A DNA stretch of 32,000 nucleotides, from the NCBI GenBank assembly GCA_026387835.1, contig JAPLKZ010000007.1, forward strand, positions 167,257 to 199,256, in the 5' to 3' direction. This document shows, in pieces, positions 18,018-27,488 of this stretch. Every line of letters begins with the position of its first letter. Positions within the stretch are counted from its first letter, which is position 1. A model generated the notes under the pieces. That model worked only from the letters and a program-made list of their open reading frames with translations, did not search any database and was not told where the DNA came from. A program made the position numbers and the translations under genes. Source of the DNA: Candidatus Saganbacteria bacterium. GTDB lineage: Bacteria > Margulisbacteria > WOR-1 > JAKLHX01.

Positions 18018-20020
18018 ATTTTAATAAGCTTTTTTGCCGCCAGGTATAAGCAGTAATAGATCAGTCCGAATAAGAGTCCGAGTATTAAGCCATATGCCGA
18101 CCTTATAAGCGATATCAAAAGCGGCGAATGCACATGGCAGAAAGTATTGACCGTTGAGACAGGTGCGACCATGCCGATCACAAGGAAAGGCCACAGCCAT
18201 TTTTTGCCGCCCGACAAAAAGTAGATGGCTCCCAGGAACAGCGCCGGATATCCTATGAGGAACTCTTTGGTCCGCGGCCTTATCAGCATTATTTTCTCAA
18301 GGAATGTCCTCGCGAGTTTTTCGGTGTCCAATATGCCTATGCCGAAATTGCCGCTGCGCAATATGTAGAGAGCGGCGACGCCCAAAAGCACTGCGGCTAC
18401 AATGACGGCCAGTACAGTTATCGGTGAATTGAGCCACTCCGTCAGGTCATCTTTCAGGCTTTTTATCTCATCCTTTTCGATGACCGCGCAATAGAATGCG
18501 ACCAACAGGACCGGCAGAATGAAAGCCAGCTTTATCCCGGTAAATTGCTGGGAGCCCACCATGAAAATCGTGTCCGCCAAGAAGCCTACTATCAGGACAG
18601 CTCCCGCCATGCTTATGCAATAAACTGAGATCACCATGAGAACGGCTTTTGCGAACGGCGGGAAAAACTGTTTATCCATCTGCTTTATCTTAAACACGGA
18701 AGTGATGGCGAGTGTCGGAAAGACCACCGCGCAGCACAAAGCGGCCATTTTCTGAAAAAACACTGCCCCCCCTATCGCATTAAAAGCCAGCGGTTTTATT
18801 ACCGAAACTGCCAGGACGAGCAATATAAACCACAGAGGGACCTGCCATAACACAGAAAGCAAAAGGATGATCCCCGCGCTTAGACCCAGCGTCAACAATA
18901 CCATGGAAGGAGCCTTTAGACTTATCAATCCCGGCCTGTCTGCCTTTCCGATGGAATGAGATGTTTTAAGCATCAAGGTCCGTATGGATCTCACATAATC
19001 AGTGTTCGTTGAAGTCAGGTTCTTCCCGGCATCGGGGATATAGAAAGGTCTTATGAAAAGAAGCCTTACCCCTCTTTCGTTCACGGCGCGGTCAAAACGG
19101 TCTATTGCCTCCTGTTTTATCATCTTTTTAAGCATCTCGTCCTCGGAGATGCTGTGGACCCTGATAATATCGGTCCTCAGGTATTTTAAAAGTTCGCTGT
19201 CCCCTTTTTGCTCGGCCATCTCGATATAGCCGTAATTGATACCTGATGAAATAATAGCTTTTGCGACCCCGGGGATGTTGTTCTTATAGCCGGCAACCTC
19301 TTCGCCGTCAAAAATCACCGTAGTGAAAGGCCCTTCGGAACGAAGGATCTCCAGTTTTTTTTGGACGATCTTGCCGTTAAGCCGGAAATTGTTCTTCAGG
19401 CGCGGAAGGACAAAAAAGCCGCGGTCAATTACAAATTTGAAAGCCTGCGGTGATATTCCAAGCCCCAGTTCCATCAGGTCTTCTTCATCATCGGTTATCT
19501 CAAGCTCATCAGGAACTGTCAGACTTACATTCCTTTTTCCGAGGACGATCTCAAGCTGGGACTTTATCCGGTTTAAAACATCCATGTCTTCAGTGATAGC
19601 GTAGCTCAGCGAAGGATTTGGTTTGGCCTCTCTTTTTGGTGTCTTTAAAAGCGGATTACTTATACTTTTTGCGTAAGATGAAAGTCTGCCTTTTATCTTA
19701 TAGGTCTTGCTTATATTCCGGAGAGTGTCCTGTTCATAGCCGGTAAGCCATGAAAGCTTTCCCTGAAGTTCAAGAGTTTCAAGAGTATCTTCGGCCAGCG
19801 CTATCGATGTTATACCGGCGTCTTTAAACTGTCTTAGAACCGCATCTACAGGGAGGCCGTCGCGCAGGGAGATCTTTTTGATGTCACTGAGGTCCATAGC
19901 GAGTTCAACCGAGGTGTTCTTTGCCTCGACAACTATCCTTTTGTAGCCCTCTATAGCACCGGCGGCGACACCAATAGCAAGTATTGCGATAAGAAGATAT
20001 AAAATTATTTTGTTCTTCAT
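18014..20020 (-). CDS. large polytopic membrane protein: signal-anchor, about 370-aa extracytoplasmic domain, multi-TM C-terminal half (possibly DUF5693-type)
   Basis: 668 aa. N-terminal anchor IILYLLIAILAIGVAAGA. At least 8 hydrophobic helices after about aa 375. The stop overlaps the csaB::tagA start (ATGA). The family assignment is from memory of gene-neighbourhood annotations and was not verified. Confidence 0.65.
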   Translation of the reverse strand: MKNKIILYLLIAILAIGVAAGAIEGYKRIVVEAKNTSVELAMDLSDIKKISLRDGLPVDAVLRQFKDAGITSIALAEDTLETLELQGKLSWLTGYEQDTLRNISKTYKIKGRLSSYAKSISNPLLKTPKREAKPNPSLSYAITEDMDVLNRIKSQLEIVLGKRNVSLTVPDELEITDDEEDLMELGLGISPQAFKFVIDRGFFVLPRLKNNFRLNGKIVQKKLEILRSEGPFTTVIFDGEEVAGYKNNIPGVAKAIISSGINYGYIEMAEQKGDSELLKYLRTDIIRVHSISEDEMLKKMIKQEAIDRFDRAVNERGVRLLFIRPFYIPDAGKNLTSTNTDYVRSIRTLMLKTSHSIGKADRPGLISLKAPSMVLLTLGLSAGIILLLSVLWQVPLWFILLVLAVSVIKPLAFNAIGGAVFFQKMAALCCAVVFPTLAITSVFKIKQMDKQFFPPFAKAVLMVISVYCISMAGAVLIVGFLADTIFMVGSQQFTGIKLAFILPVLLVAFYCAVIEKDEIKSLKDDLTEWLNSPITVLAVIVAAVLLGVAALYILRSGNFGIGILDTEKLARTFLEKIMLIRPRTKEFLIGYPALFLGAIYFLSGGKKWLWPFLVIGMVAPVSTVNTFCHVHSPLLISLIRSAYGLILGLLFGLIYYCLYLAAKKLIKI

Positions 20021-20026
20021 CGTTTA

Positions 20027-21367
20027 TCAGACCTTCGGAAGATCTTTCAAGGCCTCCCGGACAAGCTCTTCGGGATATTCAAAATCCTCAAGCTTTCCCT
20101 CGAGATAATTGTCGTACGCTGCAAGGTCAAAATGACCGTGCCCGCTAAGGTTAAAGACGATGCATTTGTCTTCGTTCTTTAAAGCTTCGTCGATAGCCGC
20201 TCTGATCGCGTGCGCTGTTTCGGGAGCGGGCAGGATTCCCTCGGTCTTTGCGAACAGGACCGCGGCTTCGAATACTGTTGTCTGCTTGACTGCTTTCGCT
20301 TCTATCAATTTCTTTTTTACCAGCATAGAAAGTATGGGCGCCATGCCGTGATAGCGCAGACCTCCTGCGTGAATGCCCGGGGGCATGAAACCATGGCCGA
20401 GGGTGTACATTTTTACCATCGGGGCAAGTTTAGCGGTGTCGCCGAAATCATAGGCATACGGGCCTTTTGTCAAGGTCGGGCATGCGGACGGTTCTACCGC
20501 TATCATCTTTATATTTTTCCCTTTCATCTTTTCGGATATGAACGGGATAGCAAAGCCGCCGAAATTGCTGCCTCCGCCGACACATCCGATAAGGACATCC
20601 GGATTTTCACCGGCAATTTTTAGCTGTTCCTTTGTCTCGAGGCCGACAACGGTCTGGTGAAGAAGCACGTGGTTCAGAACGCTGCCTAGCGAGTATCTTG
20701 CGTCGTCATGGGTCGCTGCGTCCTCTACGGCTTCAGATATTGCCATTCCCAGGCTTCCGTTGCTGTCAGGGTCAGCCTTTAAAATTCCTCTTCCGGCATT
20801 TGTCAGATTAGACGGGGAAGCATGTACTTCAGCACCCCAGACCTTCATCAGGGATTTCCTGTAAGGCTTCTGGTGGTAACTGACCTTTACCATATAGACC
20901 GTGCATTTCATTCCGAACACGTTGCATCCGAAAGCGATGGACGATCCCCACTGCCCTGCCCCGGTCTCGGTTGTTATCCTTTTTACGCCTTCCTGCTTGT
21001 TGTAATAAGCCTGGGCTACCGCTGTGTTCATCTTATGACTGCCTGCCGGGCTTACGCTTTCATTTTTATAATATATCCTTGACTTTGTCTTAAGCGCTTT
21101 TTCAAGCCTTCTTGCCCGTACGAGCGGCGTTGGCCTCCACAATTTAAGTACATCGACAACGTCATCCGGTATCTCTATCCACTTTTCCGGGCTCATCTCC
21201 TGCCGGATCAACGCCATCGGGAACAAAGGCGCGAGGTCAGCAGGTCCGAGCGGCTTTCCCGTTCCTGGATGGAGCGGGGGCGGCAGCTCGCCCGGAAAAT
21301 CGGACATAATATTGTACCATTTCTGCGGTATCGCGCTGAGAGGAAGTATCACCCTGTCTTTTTCCAT
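20027..21367 (-). CDS. trpB: TrpB-like PLP-dependent enzyme (tryptophan synthase beta, TrpB2 type), stand-alone
   Basis: 446 aa. PLP-lysine motif [20 protein letters not shown], long N-terminal extension typical of TrpB2. No trpA or other trp genes in the window. Confidence 0.85.
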   Translation of the reverse strand: MEKDRVILPLSAIPQKWYNIMSDFPGELPPPLHPGTGKPLGPADLAPLFPMALIRQEMSPEKWIEIPDDVVDVLKLWRPTPLVRARRLEKALKTKSRIYYKNESVSPAGSHKMNTAVAQAYYNKQEGVKRITTETGAGQWGSSIAFGCNVFGMKCTVYMVKVSYHQKPYRKSLMKVWGAEVHASPSNLTNAGRGILKADPDSNGSLGMAISEAVEDAATHDDARYSLGSVLNHVLLHQTVVGLETKEQLKIAGENPDVLIGCVGGGSNFGGFAIPFISEKMKGKNIKMIAVEPSACPTLTKGPYAYDFGDTAKLAPMVKMYTLGHGFMPPGIHAGGLRYHGMAPILSMLVKKKLIEAKAVKQTTVFEAAVLFAKTEGILPAPETAHAIRAAIDEALKNEDKCIVFNLSGHGHFDLAAYDNYLEGKLEDFEYPEELVREALKDLPKV

Positions 21368-21403
21368 TATTTTTCTCCTTTTATAACTATATATATTACC
21401 ATA

Positions 21404-22498
21404 TTATAGTTTGGATTTTAGAAATGCCTCGATGAATATGTCGATGTCGCCGTCCATCACTTTTTGGACGTTGCCGGTCTCAGCCCCTGTCCTGTGGTCT
21501 TTTACCAGCTGGTACGGGGCAAAAACATATGACCGTATCTGGCTGCCCCAGGCGATCTGTTTCTGTTCGCCGCGGAGCTCTTCGATCTTTTCTTTCTGTT
21601 CCTGTTCAAGCCTGTCTTTTAATCTCGCGAACAAAAGCGTCATGGCGATCTCTTTATTCCTGTGCTGCGACGGGCTTGCCTGCGACTGGGAGATGAGCCC
21701 CGTCGGCAGGTGGGTTATCCTTATTGCGGAGCTGGTCTTGTTCACGTTCTGTCCGCCCGGTCCTCCCGCGCGGAAAGTGTCTATCCTCAGGTCTTCGGGC
21801 TTAATTTCGACATTCAGTTCCTGGCCTGTTTCGGGTATGACTTCTACAGCGGTAAAAGAGGTATGGCGCTTGCCGTCAGAGTTAAAAGGAGACATCCTTA
21901 CAAGCCGGTGGATCCCTGTCTCGGCTTTCAGGTATCCGTAAGCGTAAAGGCCTTTGACAAAGACCACTGCGCTTTTTATGCCGGCCTGCTCTCCGTATGA
22001 TATATCGGCGATCTCGATCTCATAGCCTTTTGACTGGGCCCATCTCGAATACATGCGAAGCAGTATCTGCGCCCAGTCCTGCGCGTCGGTGCCTCCGGCA
22101 CCCGCGTTTATCGCAAGTATGGCGTTTGACGGGTCGTGCTCCCCGCCGAGCAGCGCGGAGATCTCCATCTCACCCATCTTTTTTTTGAGCTCTTCAAGGT
22201 CTTTTTTTATCTCGGGTTCTACTGAAAGATCGTTTTCCTTGGCAGCTATATCGGTAAGGGTCTCTATCTCATCCAATTTTGAGTCAAGAGTCTTTATTAT
22301 GGTTATCTTGTCGTTTGTCGCTTTTAATTCCTGAAAGATCTTCTGGGCGTTCTTTGGATCATCCCAGATGCCCTCTTTTGAAGACACAGCCTCGAGCTCT
22401 TTTTGCCTTTCAAGCAGCTTCCCCAGCTCGAAGTGTTTTTTAAGCTCCCCTGCCTTTATCTTTAGCTCTTCTATTTCGGTCTTTATTTCATGCAGCAT
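21404..22498 (-). CDS. prfB: peptide chain release factor 2 (no programmed frameshift)
   Basis: SPF stop-codon recognition motif (RMSPFNS) and GGQ ([10 protein letters not shown]). The ATG at 22498 (MLHEIK...) gives an N-terminus of normal RF2 length and overlaps the secA 3' end by 16 nt. The frame is also open to a GTG at 22531. Confidence 0.92.
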   Translation of the reverse strand: MLHEIKTEIEELKIKAGELKKHFELGKLLERQKELEAVSSKEGIWDDPKNAQKIFQELKATNDKITIIKTLDSKLDEIETLTDIAAKENDLSVEPEIKKDLEELKKKMGEMEISALLGGEHDPSNAILAINAGAGGTDAQDWAQILLRMYSRWAQSKGYEIEIADISYGEQAGIKSAVVFVKGLYAYGYLKAETGIHRLVRMSPFNSDGKRHTSFTAVEVIPETGQELNVEIKPEDLRIDTFRAGGPGGQNVNKTSSAIRITHLPTGLISQSQASPSQHRNKEIAMTLLFARLKDRLEQEQKEKIEELRGEQKQIAWGSQIRSYVFAPYQLVKDHRTGAETGNVQKVMDGDIDIFIEAFLKSKL

Positions 22499-24993
22499 TT
22501 TTTGTATTTCTTCCCGCTGCCGCACGGGCACGGGTCGTTTCTTCCTGTCTTTTCCCCTGTCAATATGGGCTGCTGCCTGGAAGATGTGTCTGCAAACGCT
22601 CCGTACGAGATGTTCTTTGCCTTTTGTTTTACGGGCTCGACTTCATGAACTATCTGGAGCTTGAATATGAGGCTGATTATCTCTTTTCTGGCATTCGCCA
22701 TCATCTCCTGGAACATGCCGAAAGACTCCATCTTATATTCTATAAGCGGATCTTTCTGGCCCCAGGCCCTCAGGCCGATGCCGTCCCTTAGGGCGTCCAT
22801 GTTATGCAGCTGGTCTATCCAGTTGTCGTCTATCACCTTCAGCATCACAAAGCGCTGGATCTCCTCGATATTTTCTGCGCCCACCTGTTCGACCCTCTTT
22901 TTATAGGTCTCTTTTAAGAACGCTTCGATCCCCGCTTTCAGGTCTTCCTGTTTCTTGTAATCCCTTAATTGAAGTTCTGTTCCGGTGAACGGGACAGTAT
23001 CCTTTAGAAGATTTTCAAGGCCTTCCATGTCCCATTCTTCATGCCTTATCTTCGGCGAAGAATGGGCGTCTGCAAGGTCCTGGCTGAAACTTGAGATCAT
23101 TTCCAGCACTTTGTCGGTAAGATCCGCGCCTTCCAGTATGCGGCGTCTTATGCCGTAGATCGCTTCCCTTTGCTTGTTCATCACGTCGTCGTATTCCAGT
23201 ATCTGTTTCCTCATGGAGAAATGATATTCCTCGACTTTTTTCTGAGCGTTCTCTATCGCGCGGGATATCAGGCCATGCTCGATGGGAGTCCCCTCTTCCA
23301 TTCCGAGCCGCTCCATGATCGTCTTGATCCTGTCGGAGCCGAACAGCTTCATAAGATCGTCTTCAAGCGAGACATAGAACCTTGAAGACCCCGGGTCCCC
23401 CTGCCTGCCGCTCCTGCCCCGCAGCTGGTTGTCTATACGCCTGCTCTCGTGGCGTTCTGACCCGATAATATGAAGTCCTCCCAGGGTCGCGATGCCTTCA
23501 CCGAGGACGATATCCGTTCCTCTTCCGGCCATGTTCGTGGCTATTGTGACAGCTTGCTTCTGGCCGGCTTTTGCTATTATCTCGGCTTCCTTTTCGTGAT
23601 GCTTGGCGTTCAGGACATGGTGAGGGATCCCCTTTCTTTTCATGATCCCGGAAAGGAGCTCGGAATTTTCAATAGAGATGGTCCCTACGAGCACGGGCCT
23701 TCCTATCTTATACAAATCCACGATCTCGTTCGAGATAGCGGTAAACTTTTCCTTTTTCGTTTTATAGATCACATCGGAATGATCGGTCCTGACCATTTTC
23801 ATATGAGTAGGTATCTCTACGACTTCGAGGTTGTATATCTTCCCGAACTCCGCTTCCTCGGTCATTGCCGTGCCTGTCATGCCGGCAAGCTTTTTGTAAA
23901 GGCGGAAATAATTCTGGAAAGTGATCGTGGCCAGCGTCTGGCTTTCAGACCTGATCTGAACGCCTTCTTTTGCCTCGATCGCCTGGTGCAGCCCTTCGCT
24001 GAAGCGCCTGCCGGTCATAAGGCGGCCGGTGAACTCGTCCACGATTATGATCTCACCGTCCTTAACGATATAATCGACATCTTTCTTGAAGGGATGATGC
24101 GCTTTGAGGGATTCCGTGATGCTGTGCGCCAGGTCCATATTCTCCACATCGTAAAGGCAGGCAAGGCCAAGAAGTTTTTCAACTTTTTTTATGCCTGTCT
24201 CGGTCAGGACGGCGTTCTTTGTTTTTTCATCGACCGTGAAATCAAGGTCTTTCTGGAGCTTTCTCGAGGTCTGGTCGGCTTTATAATACATCTGTGTGTC
24301 TTCATCCACCATGCCGGAGATTATTAAAGGTGTCCTTGCTTCGTCTATCAAGATATTGTCGACTTCGTCGACGATGGCAAAATTGAGTTCCCTCTGGACG
24401 CAGTCGTTTATCGACGTGGCCATGTTGTCGCGCAGGTAATCGAACCCGAACTCGTTGTTCGTTCCGTAAACAATATCGCAGCCGTATGCGGCTTTGCGGT
24501 CTGTATTGTCCATATCGTTTTGAACAGTACCGACAGTCAGCCCGAGGAATTTATATATCGGCCCCATCCACTCGCTGTCGCGTTTTGCAAGATAATCGTT
24601 CACCGTTATCAGATGGCAGCCTTTTCCTGTGAGGGTATTGAGGTACATCGGCAGTGTCGCCACGAGTGTTTTTCCTTCACCCGTTTTCATCTCCGATATC
24701 TTCCCGTGATGGAGCACGATACCGCCAAGAAGCTGAACATCGAAATGGCGCAGTCCTGTAGTCCGGACCGATGCCTCCCTTACTGCCGCGTAAGCTTCCG
24801 GCAGCAGTTCGTCAAGCGTTTCACCGTTCTTGATCCTGTCCCTGAACTCCGTTGTCTTGCCGGCGAGTTGTTCGTCCGAAAGCTTCTTCATATCCTCTTC
24901 AAATGAATTTATCTTTTGGACGACAGCGTGAAGATGCCGGGTTTTTTTCTCGGGAGAGACCCCCAATAGACGAGCCATCAGTTTAAGGAGCAT
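22483..24993 (-). CDS. secA: preprotein translocase ATPase SecA
   Basis: 836 aa. Walker [14 protein letters not shown]-like [21 protein letters not shown]-terminal zinc-binding [13 protein letters not shown]. Confidence 0.97.
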   Translation of the reverse strand: MLLKLMARLLGVSPEKKTRHLHAVVQKINSFEEDMKKLSDEQLAGKTTEFRDRIKNGETLDELLPEAYAAVREASVRTTGLRHFDVQLLGGIVLHHGKISEMKTGEGKTLVATLPMYLNTLTGKGCHLITVNDYLAKRDSEWMGPIYKFLGLTVGTVQNDMDNTDRKAAYGCDIVYGTNNEFGFDYLRDNMATSINDCVQRELNFAIVDEVDNILIDEARTPLIISGMVDEDTQMYYKADQTSRKLQKDLDFTVDEKTKNAVLTETGIKKVEKLLGLACLYDVENMDLAHSITESLKAHHPFKKDVDYIVKDGEIIIVDEFTGRLMTGRRFSEGLHQAIEAKEGVQIRSESQTLATITFQNYFRLYKKLAGMTGTAMTEEAEFGKIYNLEVVEIPTHMKMVRTDHSDVIYKTKKEKFTAISNEIVDLYKIGRPVLVGTISIENSELLSGIMKRKGIPHHVLNAKHHEKEAEIIAKAGQKQAVTIATNMAGRGTDIVLGEGIATLGGLHIIGSERHESRRIDNQLRGRSGRQGDPGSSRFYVSLEDDLMKLFGSDRIKTIMERLGMEEGTPIEHGLISRAIENAQKKVEEYHFSMRKQILEYDDVMNKQREAIYGIRRRILEGADLTDKVLEMISSFSQDLADAHSSPKIRHEEWDMEGLENLLKDTVPFTGTELQLRDYKKQEDLKAGIEAFLKETYKKRVEQVGAENIEEIQRFVMLKVIDDNWIDQLHNMDALRDGIGLRAWGQKDPLIEYKMESFGMFQEMMANARKEIISLIFKLQIVHEVEPVKQKAKNISYGAFADTSSRQQPILTGEKTGRNDPCPCGSGKKYKKCCMK

Positions 24994-25018
24994 TTATGCC
25001 TCTGGGTTCCAGGCCGGT

Positions 25019-25390
25019 TCACAAACCTTCGTCGGCCTTGATGATATTGTCGTGGAGTATCTGTTTTGTCTTTGCGGATTCGCGTCTTTTTTCGTGTATC
25101 AGCTTATCCTTGAACTTTTTTATCTGCTGGTCGATCTTGTCGATTATCATGTCTATTGAGGCGTACATATTATCGGAAGACTCGGTGGCGTGAAGCTTTG
25201 TCCCGGAAGCCCATACTGTCACCTTTGCGATCTGCCTCTCGGTCTCCTCTTTTATCTTGTTCACGTCCAGCTCGATCTCGATCTTCTGTATATTGTGAAA
25301 AAAATGCTCTATCTTCGTGAGCTTCTTTTCCGCGTAATCTTTCAGAGCGGACGAGAGTTCCGTGCCTTTTGACGATATATTGATCTGCAT
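25019..25390 (-). CDS. hpf: ribosome hibernation-promoting factor / RaiA family protein (short form)
   Basis: 123 aa. MQINISSKGTELSSALKDYAEKKLTKIE and SDNMYASIDMIIDKIDQQIKKFK match the HPF/YfiA fold signature. Confidence 0.85.
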   Translation of the reverse strand: MQINISSKGTELSSALKDYAEKKLTKIEHFFHNIQKIEIELDVNKIKEETERQIAKVTVWASGTKLHATESSDNMYASIDMIIDKIDQQIKKFKDKLIHEKRRESAKTKQILHDNIIKADEGL

Positions 25391-25411
25391 TTTTTGCCCT
25401 CCGATGTTGAA

Positions 25412-25420
25412 ATTATATCA
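25412..25420 (-). promoter_or_regulatory. extended -10 element (TGaTATAAT) for hpf, overlapping the comF stop codon
   Basis: The reverse complement of 25412-25420 reads TGATATAAT. A leader with GGAGGG follows, then the ATG at 25390. Confidence 0.4.
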
Positions 25421-26084
25421 TATGGCGGATAGTGGGCGGTGAAGAATTAGATAAACATATAAGTACAGCTTTAGAAAGAAGGATAGAACGGACATTTTTA
25501 GCGCCGTTGTCGAGCAGTGTTTTGCTGCATTCATTGATAGTGGCGCCGGTTGTATATATATCATCAATAAGTATGATATTTTTATTGAATATCATTCCTC
25601 TGTTGATCATGCTGAAAGCACCCTTAATATTTTTGAGCCTTTCATTTTTGTGAAGGCCGAATTGAGGCTTGGTTTCTTTTTTCCTTATCAGCACGTTAGA
25701 ATATACAGGTGCATCTAATTTAACAGACAGCGGACCTGAGATCATTTCAGATTGATTGAAACCTCTCTGTTTATGCCTGTTTTCATGTAGAGGAACAGGG
25801 ATGATGCAGTCCGCTTTAACGCGGGGAGCATTTTCCGCGATAATATTCCCAAGGACCTCCGCGATGCGTCTCTTTTTTCTGAATTTGAGGCATTTGATCG
25901 CTTTTTTAATGACGCCGCTATATTCCGTAATAAAAGTTGTATTATCTTTTGTCTCGCAAATAAACTTTATTTTGTTCTGACAACTAAAACAGAACGGTTT
26001 GCCGTCAATATTTCCGCAAACATAACATTTTGAAGGAAATAAAAAATTCAGCAGATATGATAAGAAATTCGATAATTTATCCAT
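25413..26084 (-). CDS. comF: ComF-family protein (ComFC-like phosphoribosyltransferase-fold competence protein)
   Basis: N-terminal double CxxC (CYVCG...CFSCQ) and PRTase motif IILIDDIYTTGATI. Confidence 0.85.
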   Translation of the reverse strand: MDKLSNFLSYLLNFLFPSKCYVCGNIDGKPFCFSCQNKIKFICETKDNTTFITEYSGVIKKAIKCLKFRKKRRIAEVLGNIIAENAPRVKADCIIPVPLHENRHKQRGFNQSEMISGPLSVKLDAPVYSNVLIRKKETKPQFGLHKNERLKNIKGAFSMINRGMIFNKNIILIDDIYTTGATINECSKTLLDNGAKNVRSILLSKAVLICLSNSSPPTIRHMI

Positions 26085-26170
26085 TTATATTCCGCCAAGC
26101 ACTAATATTCCCAGCAATCTGTCCGCCACACTGCCCTGTGAAAAGGCGGTAGCAGGAGCAGGTATTTTTG

Positions 26171-26199
26171 TTGAATTTCACCTACTCCCGTGATATATT
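26171..26199 (+). promoter_or_regulatory. sigma70-type promoter TTGAAT-17-TGaTATATT; ATG follows 6 nt after the -10 (leaderless configuration)
   Basis: TTGAAT at 26171-26176, a 17-nt spacer ending in TGA, TATATT at 26194-26199, then attgcc and the ATG at 26206. No SD. Confidence 0.5.
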
Positions 26200-26205
26200 A
26201 TTGCC

Positions 26206-26829
26206 ATGACAACCTGGGAAGAAATCGTTGAACTGCTCGAGCAGGGTGAAGGCCAGTCGGTCGAATTCGAGAAGAATATACCCTCAGATGACGATATCGC
26301 CAGGGAACTCGTCGCTTTTTCAAATTCTGACGGAGGAAGGCTTATCCTTGGCATCGATGACAAGAACAAACACCTTATCGGGATAGACCCGGATGATAAC
26401 TTCTCTAACTGGATCGCAAATGTCGGCAATGTCAGGTGCGTTCCCAAGATCAACCCGGGTGTTGAAATTTTCAACAGGGGCACTCAGAAGATCGCGATCA
26501 TAACCATCCATGAAGGCGACGAAAAACCGTATAAAACCGATGATATCTGCTATATAAGGGACGGTTCGCTGTCACGGCCCGCGAAAGAACGCGAGGAGCA
26601 GGAGATCACAAGTCCGTGGTCAGGCCACGGGCTGAACAAGCGCCAGAAAAGGATCCTTGACTATGTGACCGAGCACAGCACTATATCTAACAAAGAATAC
26701 AGAGAGATGTTCAATATCTCGCACAAGACGGCCCACCTTGAGCTGACGATGCTGGCGGATAAAAAGATCCTCGTCTGCCAGGGCGCCGGCAGGTCCACCA
26801 GATATATCCTTCCCGCAAGCAACGAATAG
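26206..26829 (+). CDS. AlbA_2 (Schlafen-like divergent AAA/DNA-binding) domain protein with C-terminal winged-HTH; putative transcriptional regulator
   Basis: EGQSVEFEKNIPS...IARELVAFSNSDGGRLILGIDDK is the AlbA_2 N-terminal signature. The C-terminus (RQKRILDYVTEHSTISNKEYREMFNISHKTAHLELTMLADKKIL) is HTH-like. Confidence 0.7.
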   Translation: MTTWEEIVELLEQGEGQSVEFEKNIPSDDDIARELVAFSNSDGGRLILGIDDKNKHLIGIDPDDNFSNWIANVGNVRCVPKINPGVEIFNRGTQKIAIITIHEGDEKPYKTDDICYIRDGSLSRPAKEREEQEITSPWSGHGLNKRQKRILDYVTEHSTISNKEYREMFNISHKTAHLELTMLADKKILVCQGAGRSTRYILPASNE

Positions 26830-26833
26830 GTAT

Positions 26834-27427
26834 TTAATATTTCCTTATCAGCCCCATCACCCTCCCTACCAGCCTGAAATTTTTGCTCACTTTTATCGGC
26901 GCGTAATTACTGTTATACGGCTGCAATACTATATGGTCGCTTCTTTTGAAATATTTTTTTACAGTCGCTTCGTCGTCGATCATTGCGACAACAATATTCC
27001 CGTTATCGGCGTCCGGCTGTGGTTTTACCAGAATAAGGTCTCCTTCGTTTATCCCCGCGTCCACCATGCTGTCCCCTTTTACGCGCAGGATAAACCCGTC
27101 GCGGGCGTTCTTGGCAAAATCCCAGGCGAGAGGGATCGTATCTTCTATATTTTCCACAGCGAGGATAGGCCGGCCTGCCGCCACCTGTCCTACAAGCGGC
27201 AGGTTTATTACCCTCTTTCTGCCGATGACCTCTATGCTCCTTGCGTTAGATGACCTCTTGATCCATCCTTTTTCCTCAAGGGCCTTAAGATGGCTGTGTA
27301 TGGCCTTTGTAGACCTTATCTTGAACTCCACGCACATCTCCCTTATTGACGGGGCAAACCCTTTTTCCTCGATAAAAGCGGACAGGTAATCAAAAACGGA
27401 CTTCTGGCGGTCGGTGAGCTCTTTCAT
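26834..27427 (-). CDS. lexA: LexA repressor (S24 peptidase)
   Basis: N-terminal wHTH (LTDRQKSVFDYL...PSIREM), Ala-Gly cleavage site VAAGRP, catalytic Ser in GDSM, and Lys in ATVKKY. Confidence 0.93.
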   Translation of the reverse strand: MKELTDRQKSVFDYLSAFIEEKGFAPSIREMCVEFKIRSTKAIHSHLKALEEKGWIKRSSNARSIEVIGRKRVINLPLVGQVAAGRPILAVENIEDTIPLAWDFAKNARDGFILRVKGDSMVDAGINEGDLILVKPQPDADNGNIVVAMIDDEATVKKYFKRSDHIVLQPYNSNYAPIKVSKNFRLVGRVMGLIRKY

Positions 27428-27459
27428 GATAGATACCTCCTTTTTTAGTAGTGAAATCC

Positions 27460-27488
27460 ATTATAGTAAACAAATGTTTACCTGTCAA
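27460..27488 (-). promoter_or_regulatory. lexA promoter: consensus TTGACA - 17 nt - TATAAT
   Basis: The reverse complement reads TTGACA (27488-27483), a 17-nt spacer, TATAAT (27465-27460), then a 32-nt leader with GGAGG before the ATG at 27427. A second TTGACA lies at 27502-27497. Confidence 0.75.
27466..27481. promoter_or_regulatory. candidate LexA operator (SOS box): perfect palindrome GTAAACAAATGTTTAC
   Basis: A perfect 7+2+7 inverted repeat fills the -35/-10 spacer of the lexA promoter. The core AAAC-N4-GTTT resembles the Gram-positive GAAC-N4-GTTC box. Confidence 0.6.

Noticed and set aside
21404-22531. Search for the canonical RF2 programmed +1 frameshift (CUU UGA C near codon 26).
   Set aside because: The prfB frame is uninterrupted from the start to the TAA at 21404, and the N-terminus aligns in length with processed RF2. 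This gene belongs to the non-frameshifting class.
23470-24327. 285-aa ORF on the plus strand, antisense to secA. Similar long antisense ORFs lie at 598-1125, 21411-21941, 27912-28451, 29010-29504 and 4370-4804.
   Set aside because: Each lies entirely inside a confidently identified conserved gene on the other strand. They have no SD or promoter and a low-complexity, atypical composition. These are typical shadow ORFs created by the codon bias of the real gene.
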